Assembly: GCA_904063045.1 (NCBI GenBank)
Contig: CAJFCJ010000003.1
Coordinates: forward strand, 1,922,001 to 1,986,000
Direction of reading: 5' to 3'
Source of the DNA: Dimorphilus gyrociliatus
Taxonomy: Eukaryota; Animalia; Annelida
DNA length: 64,000 bases
The notes below the pieces were generated by a model, which was given only the letters and a program-made list of their open reading frames with translations, was not told the origin of the DNA and searched no databases. A program made the translations under genes and the position numbers. Positions 48,801 to 62,219 of the stretch are shown here, in pieces (the first letter of the stretch is position 1; each line of letters starts with the position of its first letter).

Positions 48801-50166
48801 TTTTTTAATCGCATATTAGGATTGCCAGTTAAAAAACAAAAAGAGGTGTTTAAAAGTTCTTTATCCTAATCTGTTGTATTAAACTGTTGTCTTTGATTAT
48901 CTTTTAAAAATTAACAGATATTCGAATATTTTACATCGTGCATGGAATATGGTATAAAGAAAGCCAAGGAAGAAGGGAGGTTTGTTTGCTTATACTTTTG
49001 AAGATTTAATCTCTTAAAATTCCAATAGATATGCAGCTGGTTTTCTCGATATAACAGCCTCATCTATAGCCATTTCGGATGGTCCAAGGAGAATATTTGA
49101 TCATCTATTGAATATTAAAATTGAGTTAGCTTATAATTGCATTTAGTATTAAGAATATAGCGGTTTTTGATTATTGGGCTTTATCTTTGATAGACACATT
49201 TCATTGGAAATAGACAGAGGAATGAGTTGGGATTCAGCTTTAAATCGTTTAAAATTGACTTCAAATACAGGAGATGAAGGCTTTTTTATTTCTAAAAGAG
49301 ACATTTACGGCAGAAAACGAATAGTCCTTGCTACTCTGAAGAATTCCGGAGATAACATTGTGATAATTTCCAGGTTTAAGAAATACTTTCTTTCTATGAA
49401 AATATGCTGATCTTTCTTACAGACCATCTACTGGAGCTTCTAAATCAGAAGAACGTCTCAACGACTTTCAAAAACGCTATAAACGATTGAATAAACTTTC
49501 AGAAGCTAAGGAATACTGGGAAGAGGAACACAATCGAAGCGCTTCTGAGTGCATTCATGGAGCTTCATGTAGACTGATTTCGTGCACAAGTAAGTCTGAA
49601 AGTCTTTGATATTAAATTTAATATTACTGATCATAAACAGTTGGAAAAAGGAAATACCAAATTGACTTGTTGTGTGGGGAAATTCTTCCAATACTTAATC
49701 AATTGGAAAACCTAGTCGCTCAGGCCAGCAGCATTCTCTCAAGAGCCGAAAGAACCGTTAGGGCAGTTAAAGTCCAATTAGAAAGTGGCGAGAGAATTAT
49801 TGGCGTTAGATTTCCAGCTCATCTCCTTAGAACAGCTTCTGAAAAGTTGACAGTAATATTGCATAATAAACATTATCAGTATTTTAATAAAATTATTATC
49901 TATAGTATAATGGGGCTGGTTTACAAGAGGAGACTGTAATGACAGTCAAAGATGCACTATTGAAAAAAGCATTTATGAAACCCCCATCCATTAAAGACTA
50001 TTTCAAAAGTAATTCAAAGAAGAGAAGAAGCACAGACACTCAACCAAGTGTAGATAAAAAACAAAAAAAACTGTCAAAATGTCCAGTCTGTAATGTCTCA
50101 TTTGACGATTCTGTAAAATGGACAACACAATCCATGAATGATCATATGGATAATTGTGTATTGTAA
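45880..50166 (+). CDS. Strawberry notch (SBNO)-like SF2 ATPase with a C-terminal PIP-like motif and UBZ4 finger
   Basis: Motifs [98 protein letters not shown] and [18 protein letters not shown], then [20 protein letters not shown]. The final exon 49906-50166 is in frame. Confidence 0.92.
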
Positions 50167-50338
50167 ATGATTTAATACATTGTGTATTTTAATATACTAG
50201 AGTAAAATTTCAAGTTATTTCAACAAAGAGCGACTCTTAAGCACTATAAAGCACTTGCGACAGACAAAAATTATGCGGGCCTATGGTTACAAATAGCGCC
50301 ATCTATTCGAACGATCTTTGACCAAATCGATGAGAGCA

Positions 50339-51271
50339 ATGGAACTGATTGAGTCACCCCTATTCGGCCGGAATGTTTTTGACATGAGAACCTTCTGTGT
50401 GGTAACTGGGGCTAGCAAGGGATATGGAAAATGCATTGTAGATCATTTTTGCAAATTATTGGCTGCTGGTTCAGCTATGGTTTTAATAGCAAGGTCTGAG
50501 AGTTTATTACTGGATGTAAAGAATCAATTGGAGGCTGTACGATCTGAAATTCTGGTTGACATAAAAGCAACGGACTTATCTAAAGGCGATGAAGATACTT
50601 TTAAGGGTATTTTATTAAATTCTCTAAAAAATATTGGAAAGGCTGTAGAAGACTTCGATCAGGCTGTAATCGTACATAATGCTGCAAGTATGGGAGATAT
50701 AACTAAAAAAATGACTGAAATTGGAAGCTCTGGAAATATTAGAAAATATTTTGACTTAAATGTCACTTCCGTTATCAGTTTGAACCATGAATTTTTCAAA
50801 TTATTCAACAGGAAGACAGTGAAACAAGTCGTTGTCATCAATGTTACCTCAATATGTGCTATTCAGCCTTTTAAAACTTGGTCTTTATACTGTTCAGGTA
50901 GCTTTCCAAAAAATCTTATTCTTCCTTGATTGCATATCATGATTACAGGTAAAGCGTGTCGAGATATGCTATTTAGAACAATGGCTATAGAGGAACCAGA
51001 TATAAGGGTTTTAAATTGGGCTCCGGGACCATTGGATACAGATATGCAGGTACTAGCCCGGTCTCAAACTGGTGATACGGATTTAAAAGTTATGTTTGAA
51101 GGTTTGTGTCAACAGAAAAAATCTGTAATATACATAATTGTAATTTATTCAATAGATATGCATAATACGGGTAACCTTTTACCGTGTGAAGTTTCAGTAA
51201 AAAAGTTGGTTGAACTTTTGCAAGAAAATACTTGGGATACGGGATCGCATATTGATTTTTACGATATTTAG
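50339..51271 (+). CDS. SPR: Sepiapterin reductase (SDR family)
   Basis: VVTGASKGYG (Rossmann fold), IVHNAASMGD, LNVTS, NVTSICAIQPFKTWSLYCS|GKA (YxxxK across an intron), LNWAPGPLDTDM and a GSHIDFYDI end. Three exons; the start could instead be 50330. Confidence 0.93.
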
Positions 51272-51446
51272 AATTTTATTTGGTTAAAACTGAAGTCCTA
51301 ACACTTCAATCACATTTAGGGTTACCTAATTTAGGCCTACCCTGTTTCAAAGCTGCATATTTTTCAACAAGTAACTCATCTTATTAACTGTCAACAGTTC
51401 AATAAAAAACATAATAATACTACGCGAAACATTATTCTTGTACATT

Positions 51447-54303
51447 TTATTTTATATTTAATTCTTTCGCCTGAATGGATGATGATATCACTTTACAATT
51501 TCTGAAAAGCTTTTTCACAATATTCTTAGCCGCCACTAAAACAAACAATTGAGGATATGAAAATACTATCATATAATATCATGAAAATTAACTTACTCTT
51601 GGTAGAAAGCTCCGGTGAGTCAAGTAGCCGATGCGTTAAAGTTCTTGCAACATCCTTAAAAACTATCTTATTCAGTAGCCTCTTCTTTTCATAGTACGGC
51701 TCCAATAATTTTACGATGTATTTTCCAAGCTCATCTTTCTTCAACTGTGGAACTTCTGTGCTCATCTTTGAATCCTCGGTACCAAGTTTTGGCTGCTCTA
51801 TCTGCGCCTTAGAAGCTGTAGTCTGTAAATGAGAAATCTTTGTCCTTGGCTTTTCATTTGATTCTACGCCAGTTTCTGTTTCTGATTTCGGAAATTCTAC
51901 CTTTGACTTTTTGGATGGTGCATCCGGGGTAGTCTAAAAATTTATGAATACTAGTTGGAAATATGATGAAAAATTTGAAACATTTCTTACGGGTTGATGT
52001 AATCGCTTTTTGTCTACTGTTGAGTCAATTTCGGGGCTGTTGTTTCCATTTTCAAAAAAATATGAGACAGGATTTATTTTGATGGGTTGTGTTAATAAAT
52101 CACAAGTCTTTGTTTCAGTTTCTTCAATCAACAGACTTGGATCTCCCAGCTGTTGATCAATATCATCTATTTCCGAGTAAGTCCTAGCTGATTTTATTAG
52201 TTCTCCCTGGATTGTTAAATTTCTAATACTTTTTATTTTTTTCATTACGTTCGACCTGTACATTGTTATATTACTCGTACTCATAAATATAGAATGTTCT
52301 TCCTTCACAGATAATTCTTGAAGCTTATCAAGTTGGCCAAAGTTTTGCAAGTTTTCCGTTAGAGCTTCAGTTATTAGTTTTAGGGATCCCTCTCTTATGG
52401 CCACAGTCATTTTGGGAATTTTCTGTGAGTTTGCATCTAATAGCAAACAGTTGACGGATGGTGGAATCCACTCGTTCTTTACCTGAGGCTTACGTTTAGC
52501 CAACTCTTCTTGTATAAATTTTGTTCTCTCTAGTTTTTCTTTTGCTTCTTCTCTCTCGGCTTTTAGACGTTGATTCTGATCATCTGAATTATCATAATCC
52601 CAATCGCCTCCTTTTCTACCTCCTCCGTAAAATTCATTTTCATCAAAATTACAGTTCTCTACTGATCTGCTATTATATTCCCTACTTCCAAATCGCAAAA
52701 ACTGCTCGGCAGATTTTCTTACCTCATCTTTGTTTCGGCAGAAGTCACAGTTCTGATTACAATTAGGAATGTCATCGGAAAAATATTTGGCTATTCCTTG
52801 ATGTCGACACATTGGATACTCAATAGATTTGATCAGGTGAGAAAAACTCTCTTTAGTAATCTTTCCTCTGTGATCATTGACTTTTCCCTAAATTAAATAT
52901 TGAAAATATTAGAAAAAATACTATAAAGATTTTAAATACCTTGGGTCTTTCATGGATTTCCTTCTGTATTAAATAGCTGACTGTATCTCGATCTCGTTTT
53001 CCATAATACAATCGGCAAAAAGATTGTTTACCATCTCTTCCTGCCCTCCCAGATTCTTGGTAGTAGGAAGCCATAGATTTTGGGACCGACCAATGAACGA
53101 CGAATCGAACGTTAGCTTTATCTACACCCATTCCAAAACTAATAGTTGCTGCAATAACAGGAACTTTACCATCTACCCAATCTTCTTGGACTGCTTGTCT
53201 TTCTTTTCCAGACAACCCAGCATGATAAGCCCTACAAGGGAATCCCTGCTTTTCCAGATTAGCAGATACTTCATCACACTCTGCTCGAGTTCGGCAATAA
53301 ATTATACCTGCACCATATTTACCCTAAAATATAACATAATGCATCTAAGAAAATTAACGACAAGTTACAATATACCCAATCAATCTTAGCTGCATCATAC
53401 TTTTTGTGCAAACTTAACGAGGAATGAATAAAACTTATTAGATTATCATATATGTTGTCAATTAGATCTTTGAAAACCACTTCATAAAATAAGTTCGATC
53501 GGAAGCAGCTGGCTTTGAAAACTGAGACAGGTCTGCGCAATCTGTTTCCATGGGCAATGAATAAGAGTGTTAAAAAGTAGCTTTATGCTTACTTTAAAGA
53601 CATCAAAATGTCATCTGTTACTTTAGGAGTTGCCGTAGCAGTTAAAGCTAGACAGCTTACATTTTTCAAGCATTTCTCCCTAAATTCCCCAACTTTCAAG
53701 TAGTCAGGTCTGAAGTCATGCCCCCATTGGGAAACACAATGGGCTTCATCAACCACTAAGTAAGAAACTTTTCCTCTGTTGTTTAAATCCACCGCAATGG
53801 ACTGTTACAAAAAATTATAGTAATATAAAAAATGATATTTAAGTTGTAATTTTGATTAGATACTTGAAACAGTTTTGTTGCTGCTTGTTCAGGAGTAATA
53901 TAGAGTAATTTAATTTTTGGTGTATTACTTTTCAGGTCTTCAAGAACTTTTTCTTTTTCACTGTTTGTTAGTTTAGAATTATATGTGCTGGCTTCTATTT
54001 GTAACTTTTTGAGATGAGAAACTTGATCTTGTATCAGCGCAATGAGAGGAGATATAACAATAGCCGTTCCGGTCTTAACAACAGCAGGTAGTTGATAGCA
54101 AAGCGATTTTCCAGCCCCAGTGGGCATAGATATAAATACATCAGAAGCATCTAGTCAATCAATAGCTTTGAGCGATAAAACAGAAATGTATATATAAATA
54201 ACTTACTCTTTATTACGGCTTCTACTGCTCTTTCCTGGAGATTCGTTTTAAATTCTTTATGTCCAAAAATAGAGTTCAAAGTAGATCTTGTGTCTAAATT
54301 CAT
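51447..54303 (-). CDS. RECQL5: RecQ5 DNA helicase
   Basis: [52 protein letters not shown] and [12 protein letters not shown]; Zn-binding [12 protein letters not shown]; a KIX-like segment; and a C-terminal SRI-like domain ([20 protein letters not shown]). Confidence 0.93.
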
Positions 54304-54816
54304 TTTAAATTAAGTTTGTTTCTGTATTTTCAAGTTATCAAAGGTAATTGTGAAATCCATGAAATATGGACATTGCAATAGTGTTTGCTGGGAATAAAAT
54401 TGAAACTTGTGGAACTTAATTTTGCCGCTACTTTTCTTTTCGCATAAACACATTTAGAGTTATATGTTATTCTTAGTTTTTGTAATCTCTCTTCAAAAAA
54501 TAACCGTATTTATACTATTTCGAATTTGATATTTAGTTAATCTCGTATCTTGTAGGCCCAAGTTAAGTTTAATTTATTAATTAAAGAAAAAAACTTGCTC
54601 TTAATAGGTTATTTCGATTATGCACATTAGAAATATAACCACATAGGAGAACGGCCTTATGAATGCAAATATTGTATGTCTATAGAAATTTGTATTGAAG
54701 TATACTACTCACTGTTTCTTATTTTAGCTAGACGTGCTATTTCTGTAGTTTTTGTCGAAATCTCGGCCTCTATATATGAATGAATCATTTGAATAGAAAA
54801 AATCTCAGGAAGAGGA

Positions 54817-56472
54817 ATGACTACTGTCGTTTACCTTTTATTTGTTCTCATTGCAAATTCTCATCAGATAAAAAAAAATTATGAAAAGTGAAGATCTTCA
54901 AATTTTTTTAAATTCATAATTGCTATTAAACGTTTTTTATGCCTAATCAAGTTACGAGAAGATACGATTTATCTGTGATATTAACAACCAGAGTTTCAAT
55001 CTGCCTACAAGCTTACAAACGTGTGCTGATATTGATATTTGGTATTTTGGCGTTGAGAACGACAGTATAAAATGTGATTTTCAGATGAAAAAAAATCAAA
55101 CATGCCTGCAGAAAGTCGCTCGGTTAAGTAATTGCTCGGTGGCAGACAGGAAGAATTTACAGAAGTATTTCTTATACTTTTTTCAAATTTTCACTATTTG
55201 ATAATTTGATAAACTAGTTTGATAGATTTAGAATCGATTGATCTTATTAATTCTCCCTCTGTTAAAATTTACCAAGAGTCAAGATTGCTTAATTCGTACC
55301 CTGAGTGGTCTCAGGTACAATAAATGTAGATATGGAAAGTTTCTTATCCAAATGATGTTATATTTTTTAAGATCGAGGAGTGGTTGCGTGAAATGGGTAT
55401 TAAAAAATTTGTAACGCTTCATCAGATAGGAAAGACTCATGAAGGCAGAAATATTCTGCTTCTTCAAATTGGTGAAAATAATGGCGACAAGCCTGAAATT
55501 TTTATTGATGGAGCACTTCATGCAAGAGAATGGATCAGCGTCGTGACAGTCTTAAATATTGCTGACAGAGTAAGTGATCAAGGAGTTAATTGATCTATAT
55601 ATTCATAATAGTTGAAATAGTTAATTAGAGCCTATGAAGCTAAAGATGATGATTATTATGAATTAAGTCATAACATAGTTTGGTATGTTATTCCGGTGGT
55701 TAACGTTGATGGTTACGTCTACTCTCATACGACTGTAAGTGCAAATTGACTGAATTATAAGTTTTTCATGTCCAAGTGACCTGTAGGAAAGACTCTGGAG
55801 GAAAAACAGAAGATTGCCACCCCACAGATCTAATTGCTACGGAGTAGATCTCAATAGAAATTGGAATATATCTTGGTCTGGATATGGATCTGAAAATTAT
55901 GCTTGTTCCAATATTTATCATGGACCTGAGCCTAATTCAGAGCCGGAAGTGAAAGCCATAATTTCATACCTAGAGAAAAGAAAAGCTCACTTGAAAGCTT
56001 ATTTATCTTTTCATAGTTATGGTCAGCTTATTATTTACCCATATTCATATGATATAAAAAAGGAACCCAGAAATATTGAACAGCTCGTTCGTATTGTTTG
56101 CAAATATCGCTTCCTAGTAGTTCAAGCATTTACTTAAATATTTATTTTAGAAAAAAGTATCTAAAAATTTATCGAAGGAAACAGATGGACGTTATGCTAA
56201 CGGCAAAGCTTCAGAAACTCTTTGTACGTTTTTTTCATTATAAACAGGTATAAACAACTAGTTTTTCAGATTTATTTTCTGGTAGTTCAACGGACTGGGC
56301 AGCTCATCACTTAAAAATTCCTTATACATTCACTATCGAATTAAGAGATACTGGTTTCTATGGATTCTTGTTACCTAGTAGATATATTACACCAACTGTA
56401 CAAGAATCTTTAAAAATAATCAAGGTTCTATCGCGAACGATTATTGACGAAAATAATATTATATCAGAGTAA
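54817..56472 (+). CDS. Secreted zinc metallocarboxypeptidase, M14A (CPA/CPB-like)
   Basis: Signal peptide and prodomain, then DGALHAREW (H69/E72), WRKNRR, GVDLNRNW, SFHSYGQ (H196), Y248 region ETLY, GSSTDW and FTIELRD (E270). Stop at 56470-56472. Confidence 0.95.
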
Positions 56473-56581
56473 ATAACCTTAGAATTTTAGAGTTTGCGAA
56501 AAATTAAGATTTATTTACAACAGAAAGTCTTTAATTTCTCAAATTTGGAGTTTTGTCGTCAATTGCTTTTGGTAGACCTAC

Positions 56582-58076
56582 CTAATTTTCCATATTTTCA
56601 TCCGACTCATCATCATCTGAACTCTCATCGGTCTCGTCATCTTGATCGGTTGTGCATTTGTTGCATTGACAAAGGAACATATAATTTTCTAACAGGATCT
56701 GTTGGCGAGTGGCTTTACTCCTTCGCAGCTGACAATCGTCTAAATAGCTAATTTCAATTTCTTCTCCAGACTGTAAACTTAAATATTCAATAAAACTATT
56801 ACTAAGTATCGTGCAATTATTGTACCTCAATATCCTTAGTTGCAACAAGTTGTAGAGTATGATTCCCATATGGAAACTGAACCTCCGCATTTGGAGTACA
56901 GCTGTGATTGCAACAGCTATGTAATGAGTACAAACCAGAGCCTTCACAGTTTAAAAAATGTCCGTTTACTTCATTCATCTTTTCATAAATTTGATCAATA
57001 AGTAAATCTAAGGCTGTTTTATCGGATTCTGGCAATTCCAAGTCTTCGACATTTTTTACCCATGTTCCAAAAGAACTTGTCCCAACTCCTTGTCCATTTC
57101 TCCCGATAAGACATAAAAATTTTTGGGTACCTTCAATTGAAAATATCTCTGATAAATCTTCATCAAAAAGGGCCTCTCTTAATTCGCTATTAACCATAGT
57201 TTGTATTTCCTAAAGAGAACATATTTTATTACTTCAATTTGAAAAAAAGAATATTTAAACTACCGAAAATTGATTTCCAAGTAATTTATGAACATACTGC
57301 TGTTCTTGATCTGAAGTATCATGAACGAAAGACAGGAATTCTTGAAACATAAGCTTAGGGTTTTCAGCCTATTTCAAATTAATAAAGTTTTCCTTTAAAG
57401 TTTACAATAGAATACCAACTTGTCGAATCCGAGCTATCATTCTAGCAATAAGTAAAATATTGCATGTTTCCGGAGGATAATGAGAATTTCTATGTCAGAA
57501 AAAAATTGTAGGTACTACAGTTGTTTTCAAAAATATCCGTTTTTCAATTATTAAACTCACTTCCAAATTTCTTGTAGTTTGTTTAACGAAGAAGAGGGAG
57601 AGGACAGCATGTCGCATAGCATTCTATGATATAATTGGTAGGCTTGTGTTTGGCATTCTTGACTACAGTATTCCGCCTGAAGGTATATGTTCAATCGTTT
57701 TTATTTTAATAGTGAAAAAATCTACCTGGCATTTTTGGCACTGTGTATGCCTTTCTTTAGTTACAGAGCATTGTTCTTTAAACGGTAGGGCCAACTCAGG
57801 ATCATTAGTTAATCTTTTTGCATTTTCTTCCGCAGTCTCTAGAGGTTTCATGCAATGATCACACGCTTTGTATTTATATAGTTTATTCCAGGCGAATTGA
57901 CAGCTGATTAATGGTTCTTCAGAGAATATCTCTGCGCCCTTCGGTATAAAGCATCGAGCAACTAATAATTTACCCTGAACAAAGCAAAACAATAAATGGA
58001 TTGCTGACGCTAATATTTATCTAAATACTTTTCCTGATTCACTATATTGTTTTTCATAGCGTAAATTTCCCTCCAT
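56582..58076 (-). CDS. SMYD5: SET and MYND domain protein 5
   Basis: [86 protein letters not shown] and an acidic tail. Confidence 0.95.
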
Positions 58077-58337
58077 GGCACGTTTTATTTTTGAAGTTTT
58101 ACTTGAGAAAACAGAGGACGAAGCACGTGTTTGTCAGAAAATAATAATAGAACAAGTCACTCTTTAACTTACAGTGTTTGTGTGACGCCCTCTATCTTCC
58201 AGAAGAAATGATCAAAAAATATATATTTAAATGTTACCAACTGTTAGGTGTCGCTAGTAGACTTTTTAATTACAAATTGAAGCTATCTCTCATGCTTTAA
58301 ACTGTTCTTTAATATCGTTCACTTAAAGATTACCCAA

Positions 58338-58993
58338 ATGGTAGGTTGAATGTTTTAATAATTGTAATTGGAGTTACATTTATTTATTTCTAATTCATAC
58401 AGGATATTGGAAAGACTAAAGCAGAAGATTACGTTAATGATGTGAGTCCATTATAAAAATCTAATTGTACTTAAATAATTGAATATATTTCAGTCATCAC
58501 TTGAAATGCATTGGGCATTAAAAGCCTACCAGCATGCGGAAACATATCAGAACGTTAGTAAATAAATATTAAATCTTAGCAAGAATAATTTTAAAATATT
58601 TTAAAAGTTATTGGAGGCTGTGGGAGATACTAAAAGCTTAAAGCTAACAAAAATTGATGAACACCTATATGCAAATTTCGAAAAAGAATTTCCTGACTTC
58701 GAATTAAGCATCGTAGAAGAACAGAAAATAAAAACTAAAGAACAAAAAGAAAAATGGAGAAATTTTTGCAATCAGTATGAAAATTGTATACCAGAATGGA
58801 ACATGGGAACCCTATTGCGAAGTGATTGCTCTAAGGGCGTAAGCCCGGATAATACATTTATTGGTAAGCAGCTCATACTTTATTAGAACCTATTCAAACT
58901 CTTGTTTTTAATATTTTAGTGCCCAGGATACAATTCTTAACTATTGAAGTTGCTAGAAATCGACGAGGATTAAATAAAAAAATTGGATCATAG
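58338..58993 (+). CDS. PBDC1: Polysaccharide biosynthesis domain-containing protein 1
   Basis: An ATG-only first coding exon, then LEMHWALKAYQHAETY, LKLTKIDEHLY..F..EFP, KEKWRNFC, NMGTLLRSD and VPRIQFLTIEVARNR. Confidence 0.92.
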
Positions 58994-59047
58994 CACAAAT
59001 GTATTCGAAGACTCTTTAACCGTAAAATTTATAAAAACCTAACCAAA

Positions 59048-62000
59048 TCACGAGTCTGTTTCAGGTTTAAACTTGTTAATAAAAACCTTTAAACACCCGT
59101 TTAAGTCAGCTGTCACAAATGCTTCACATCTTGGAGGCACAAAATCATTGCAGCGACTATTCTCGTTTGTAAATTGGATTTTAATTAAGTTTGTTGGTTT
59201 TGGGGCAAATGTTGCTGCACTGACTACAGTAGAATGGGCTTTAATTCCTTCCCAATAAATATTTCTATCCCTTCTTGCTAACTTTCCGCAAAACTCGTTA
59301 TTTGTTCTCCACAAGTATACAAATTGATCTTCAGATCCACTTATAACATAACGACCGTCGTGATTAAAGACAGCTCTTATTTGACTAGAGTAATTCAATG
59401 ATCCCTTATACTTGCATACTAATGAATTATCGCTTAAATCATATAACCTTACACGAGAATCATTGGTCGTAACCAAAATTCTTGGCAGACTTGGATGAAT
59501 ATCAATGCCAGTAACTTTCTTATTATTTCTTTTAGAAGTTTTAATAGTCAACATTCTACGGTATTTTAACTGATCCACTGTATAAAAAAGACACTTTCCA
59601 TCATATGTTCCTACTACAATCTCCTCCATTTGTGGAAATATTGCAAAATTTACAGCTGTTATTATTGCAAATTTGCTTACTCCCTGAATTTCATTCCACA
59701 AAGCAACTTTTTTTTCAGGAATGTTCCAAAGTCGAAGCTTACCATCAAGCGATCCGCTTATAAAATATCTATCATCTTTCGGATGGAAAGAAATAGATGA
59801 GACAAATTCAATATGTTGAAAGCAACATAGACATTCTCTTCTTGATATATGCCACAGCCTTGCCGTCTTATCCATCGAGGAAGAAAGAAGGAAATAACTC
59901 TGTTTTGAAAAATAATTAAAATTGAATATTTTAAAACAGATCTACCTTAGACCAGCTTATATCTAATAAATCCGACGAATGACCCATGTAAGTTGCCAGT
60001 GGCTTCCTACAAAAAGGTGCATGCTCATCCTCGCTCTCTTCTTCCTATAAGAAATATAAGTCAAAAGAATTCTTCTTTGTCTTGATTAGATACACATACG
60101 CTACTATTAGTGTTCGCAGATTCATCAGAGTTCAAGCTACTTGTTGATGGCGATTTTTTACCACTTGGACTGCCCATGCGTTTTCCAGGATCATTACATT
60201 TCAGATAATCATTAACGTCCTTAACTCCCTTAAGAACCCATACCCTTAACAACGTATCTTGACCTCCAGTAGCCTAAAATTCATGTATTATAGTGATGTT
60301 AGTGATATTTAAAATAATGTAGTTCACTATTTATATCTTACCAGAAAATAGCCACAAGGAGAAAACTTCATAGTCCAAACAGGGCCCTAAAAAGAACAAT
60401 TTGTGAAAAGTTAGCCAAAAATTCACACGTTTTACCTTGTGCTCATTGTTTAAGTCTTGAACTGGGACGCTCAAGTCAAAGTCGTAGGGGCCTTTATGCG
60501 AGCTGGCAGCCTTTATCTAACAAAAATTCAGGAGTTGAACATTTTGATTAAGTTAAAAACGAGTCCTGCTTACTTTAATAGAAAATTTTCCATCACAGGG
60601 CTCTTCCTCTTCGTCAGATACTTCATTTGTTTCTGCTGTATTTCTGTTTCTTTTTAACTTCCCTAATAATTTGCTTTTCAGCCTGCTTCAAAGAGTTAAA
60701 ATTTTTTGAGAATTTCGTGTTCATCGTAAAATAATTTCCTAAAGTCTACTTAATAAAATTTACTCTCAAATAATTTTTAATTGATCTAGTTTCCTCACTA
60801 CACATTAAAATGGACTAAAATGTTTTGACCACGAAGAAGTATTTTTAAAATTCTCTTGATTAGGTAATTCACAATAAATACCAACCCTCTTTTCTTTGAA
60901 GTATTAGATTTTACGCTACTAGTTTCCGATCCGATACTATCTTCATCACTGTCTTTATACCTACAAAAAGGCTGTTGGTTTATTATTCCAAGAGCTATAT
61001 GCTATCTTACTGAGGATAATCATTGGTCTTTTTCATTATATGTAAAGAGAGTGGATTTGTATGTTTAGCCTGAAGTTGTTGGGAGGTAGTTGATGAATCA
61101 GCTAACTCCACTTTCTTTTCAGTAGGTTCCTTCAAGAATAGTTATGTTGATCATTATATCTAAGAAATGAAATATTTTACTTGATCAGCAGCTTGCAAAA
61201 TTTCCTCTTGCTTTTGTTGTTCTGTTTCAGGCGCTTTGCAAGATTCCTCCTCTATTGCAGTCACATGACGAGACGACGTGGGTGCAGAAGTAAAGTATCT
61301 GACAGCTCGTTCAACGTCTTCTATAACTTGTTTCATACTTTCTCGCGTGATCTCGAATTTCCGAGGCAACGAAAGACTCTTTGAAATATTTGGCCTCTCA
61401 TCTTTACCCTATGAAAATTTCTTGTAGCCGTATAAACATTAATAAATGAAATATGCTTACAGAGGAAACTTCTCGATCCAAAGATTTGCTTTTTGTGCTC
61501 TGAATGAGATCAGGAACCGGACCATATTGTGAAAGTTGATTTGAAGATACGGGCATTGCTTGCTGCTCGCTCAATGAAAACTCCAAAGAGTCCTTCGTGT
61601 CGTCTATACTACGCCTCAATTCATCCAGACGCCTTCGACGAAACTCCTCCTCATCTTTCATTTCTTTTTGTCTTTGTCTTTGTCTTAGCTTTTGCTGTCG
61701 CTGTGGAAAATTTTTCATGAAAAAAAACATTTTACATCTAAAATTCTGCAACCTTGCGAGCCTTTTCTAATTTTTTCTGCCTTTGAATTTCATCTAACTG
61801 TGCAATTAATAGCTCATCCTCAAGTTTTCTCTTTTCAAACAACTGCTGGGTTCTTTTTATCAGTTCCTGTTCCTTTTTGGCCAATTCTTGCTGGGCTTCA
61901 TTCATCTAAAACATTTTTTTAAAATTCTTTTCAACGTATCTGAAAAAAGAAGCTTACTGATCCTGCACTAGTGATACTCAAAACGTCGACCGATTCAGCA

Positions 62001-62219
62001 GATTTTTTTCTGTATAAATACAAGGAGATATTTATTGATCGTCCATTATGCAAATAAACTACTAAGAGTCCATATTCAATAACAATGTCTTAGCTAACTT
62101 ATTTTCTACAGCTTTCCCCTAAATTCTAAATTAGAAAAGTGATACCTCTTCAGTGCTTGAAGTGTTATCTCGTCCTCTTCACAATCAAAAAATTCCTCTA
62201 TTTCACTGTCAGAAGCCAT
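59048..62219 (-). CDS. WDR44: WD repeat protein 44 (Rab11-binding)
   Basis: N-terminus MASDSEIEEFFDCEE (FFAT-like motif), GPVWTMKFSPCG..ATGGQDTLLRVWVL, and SSMDKTARLWHISRRECLCCFQHIEFVSSISFHPKDDRYFISGSLDGKLRLWNIPEKKVALWNE. Confidence 0.95.

Noticed and set aside
50167-50338. Possible operon or trans-splicing between same-strand SBNO-like and SPR (172 bp apart)
   Set aside because: No polypyrimidine-AG outron acceptor; the spacer has its own CpG patch and CTCF-like motif, which fits an independent promoter better.
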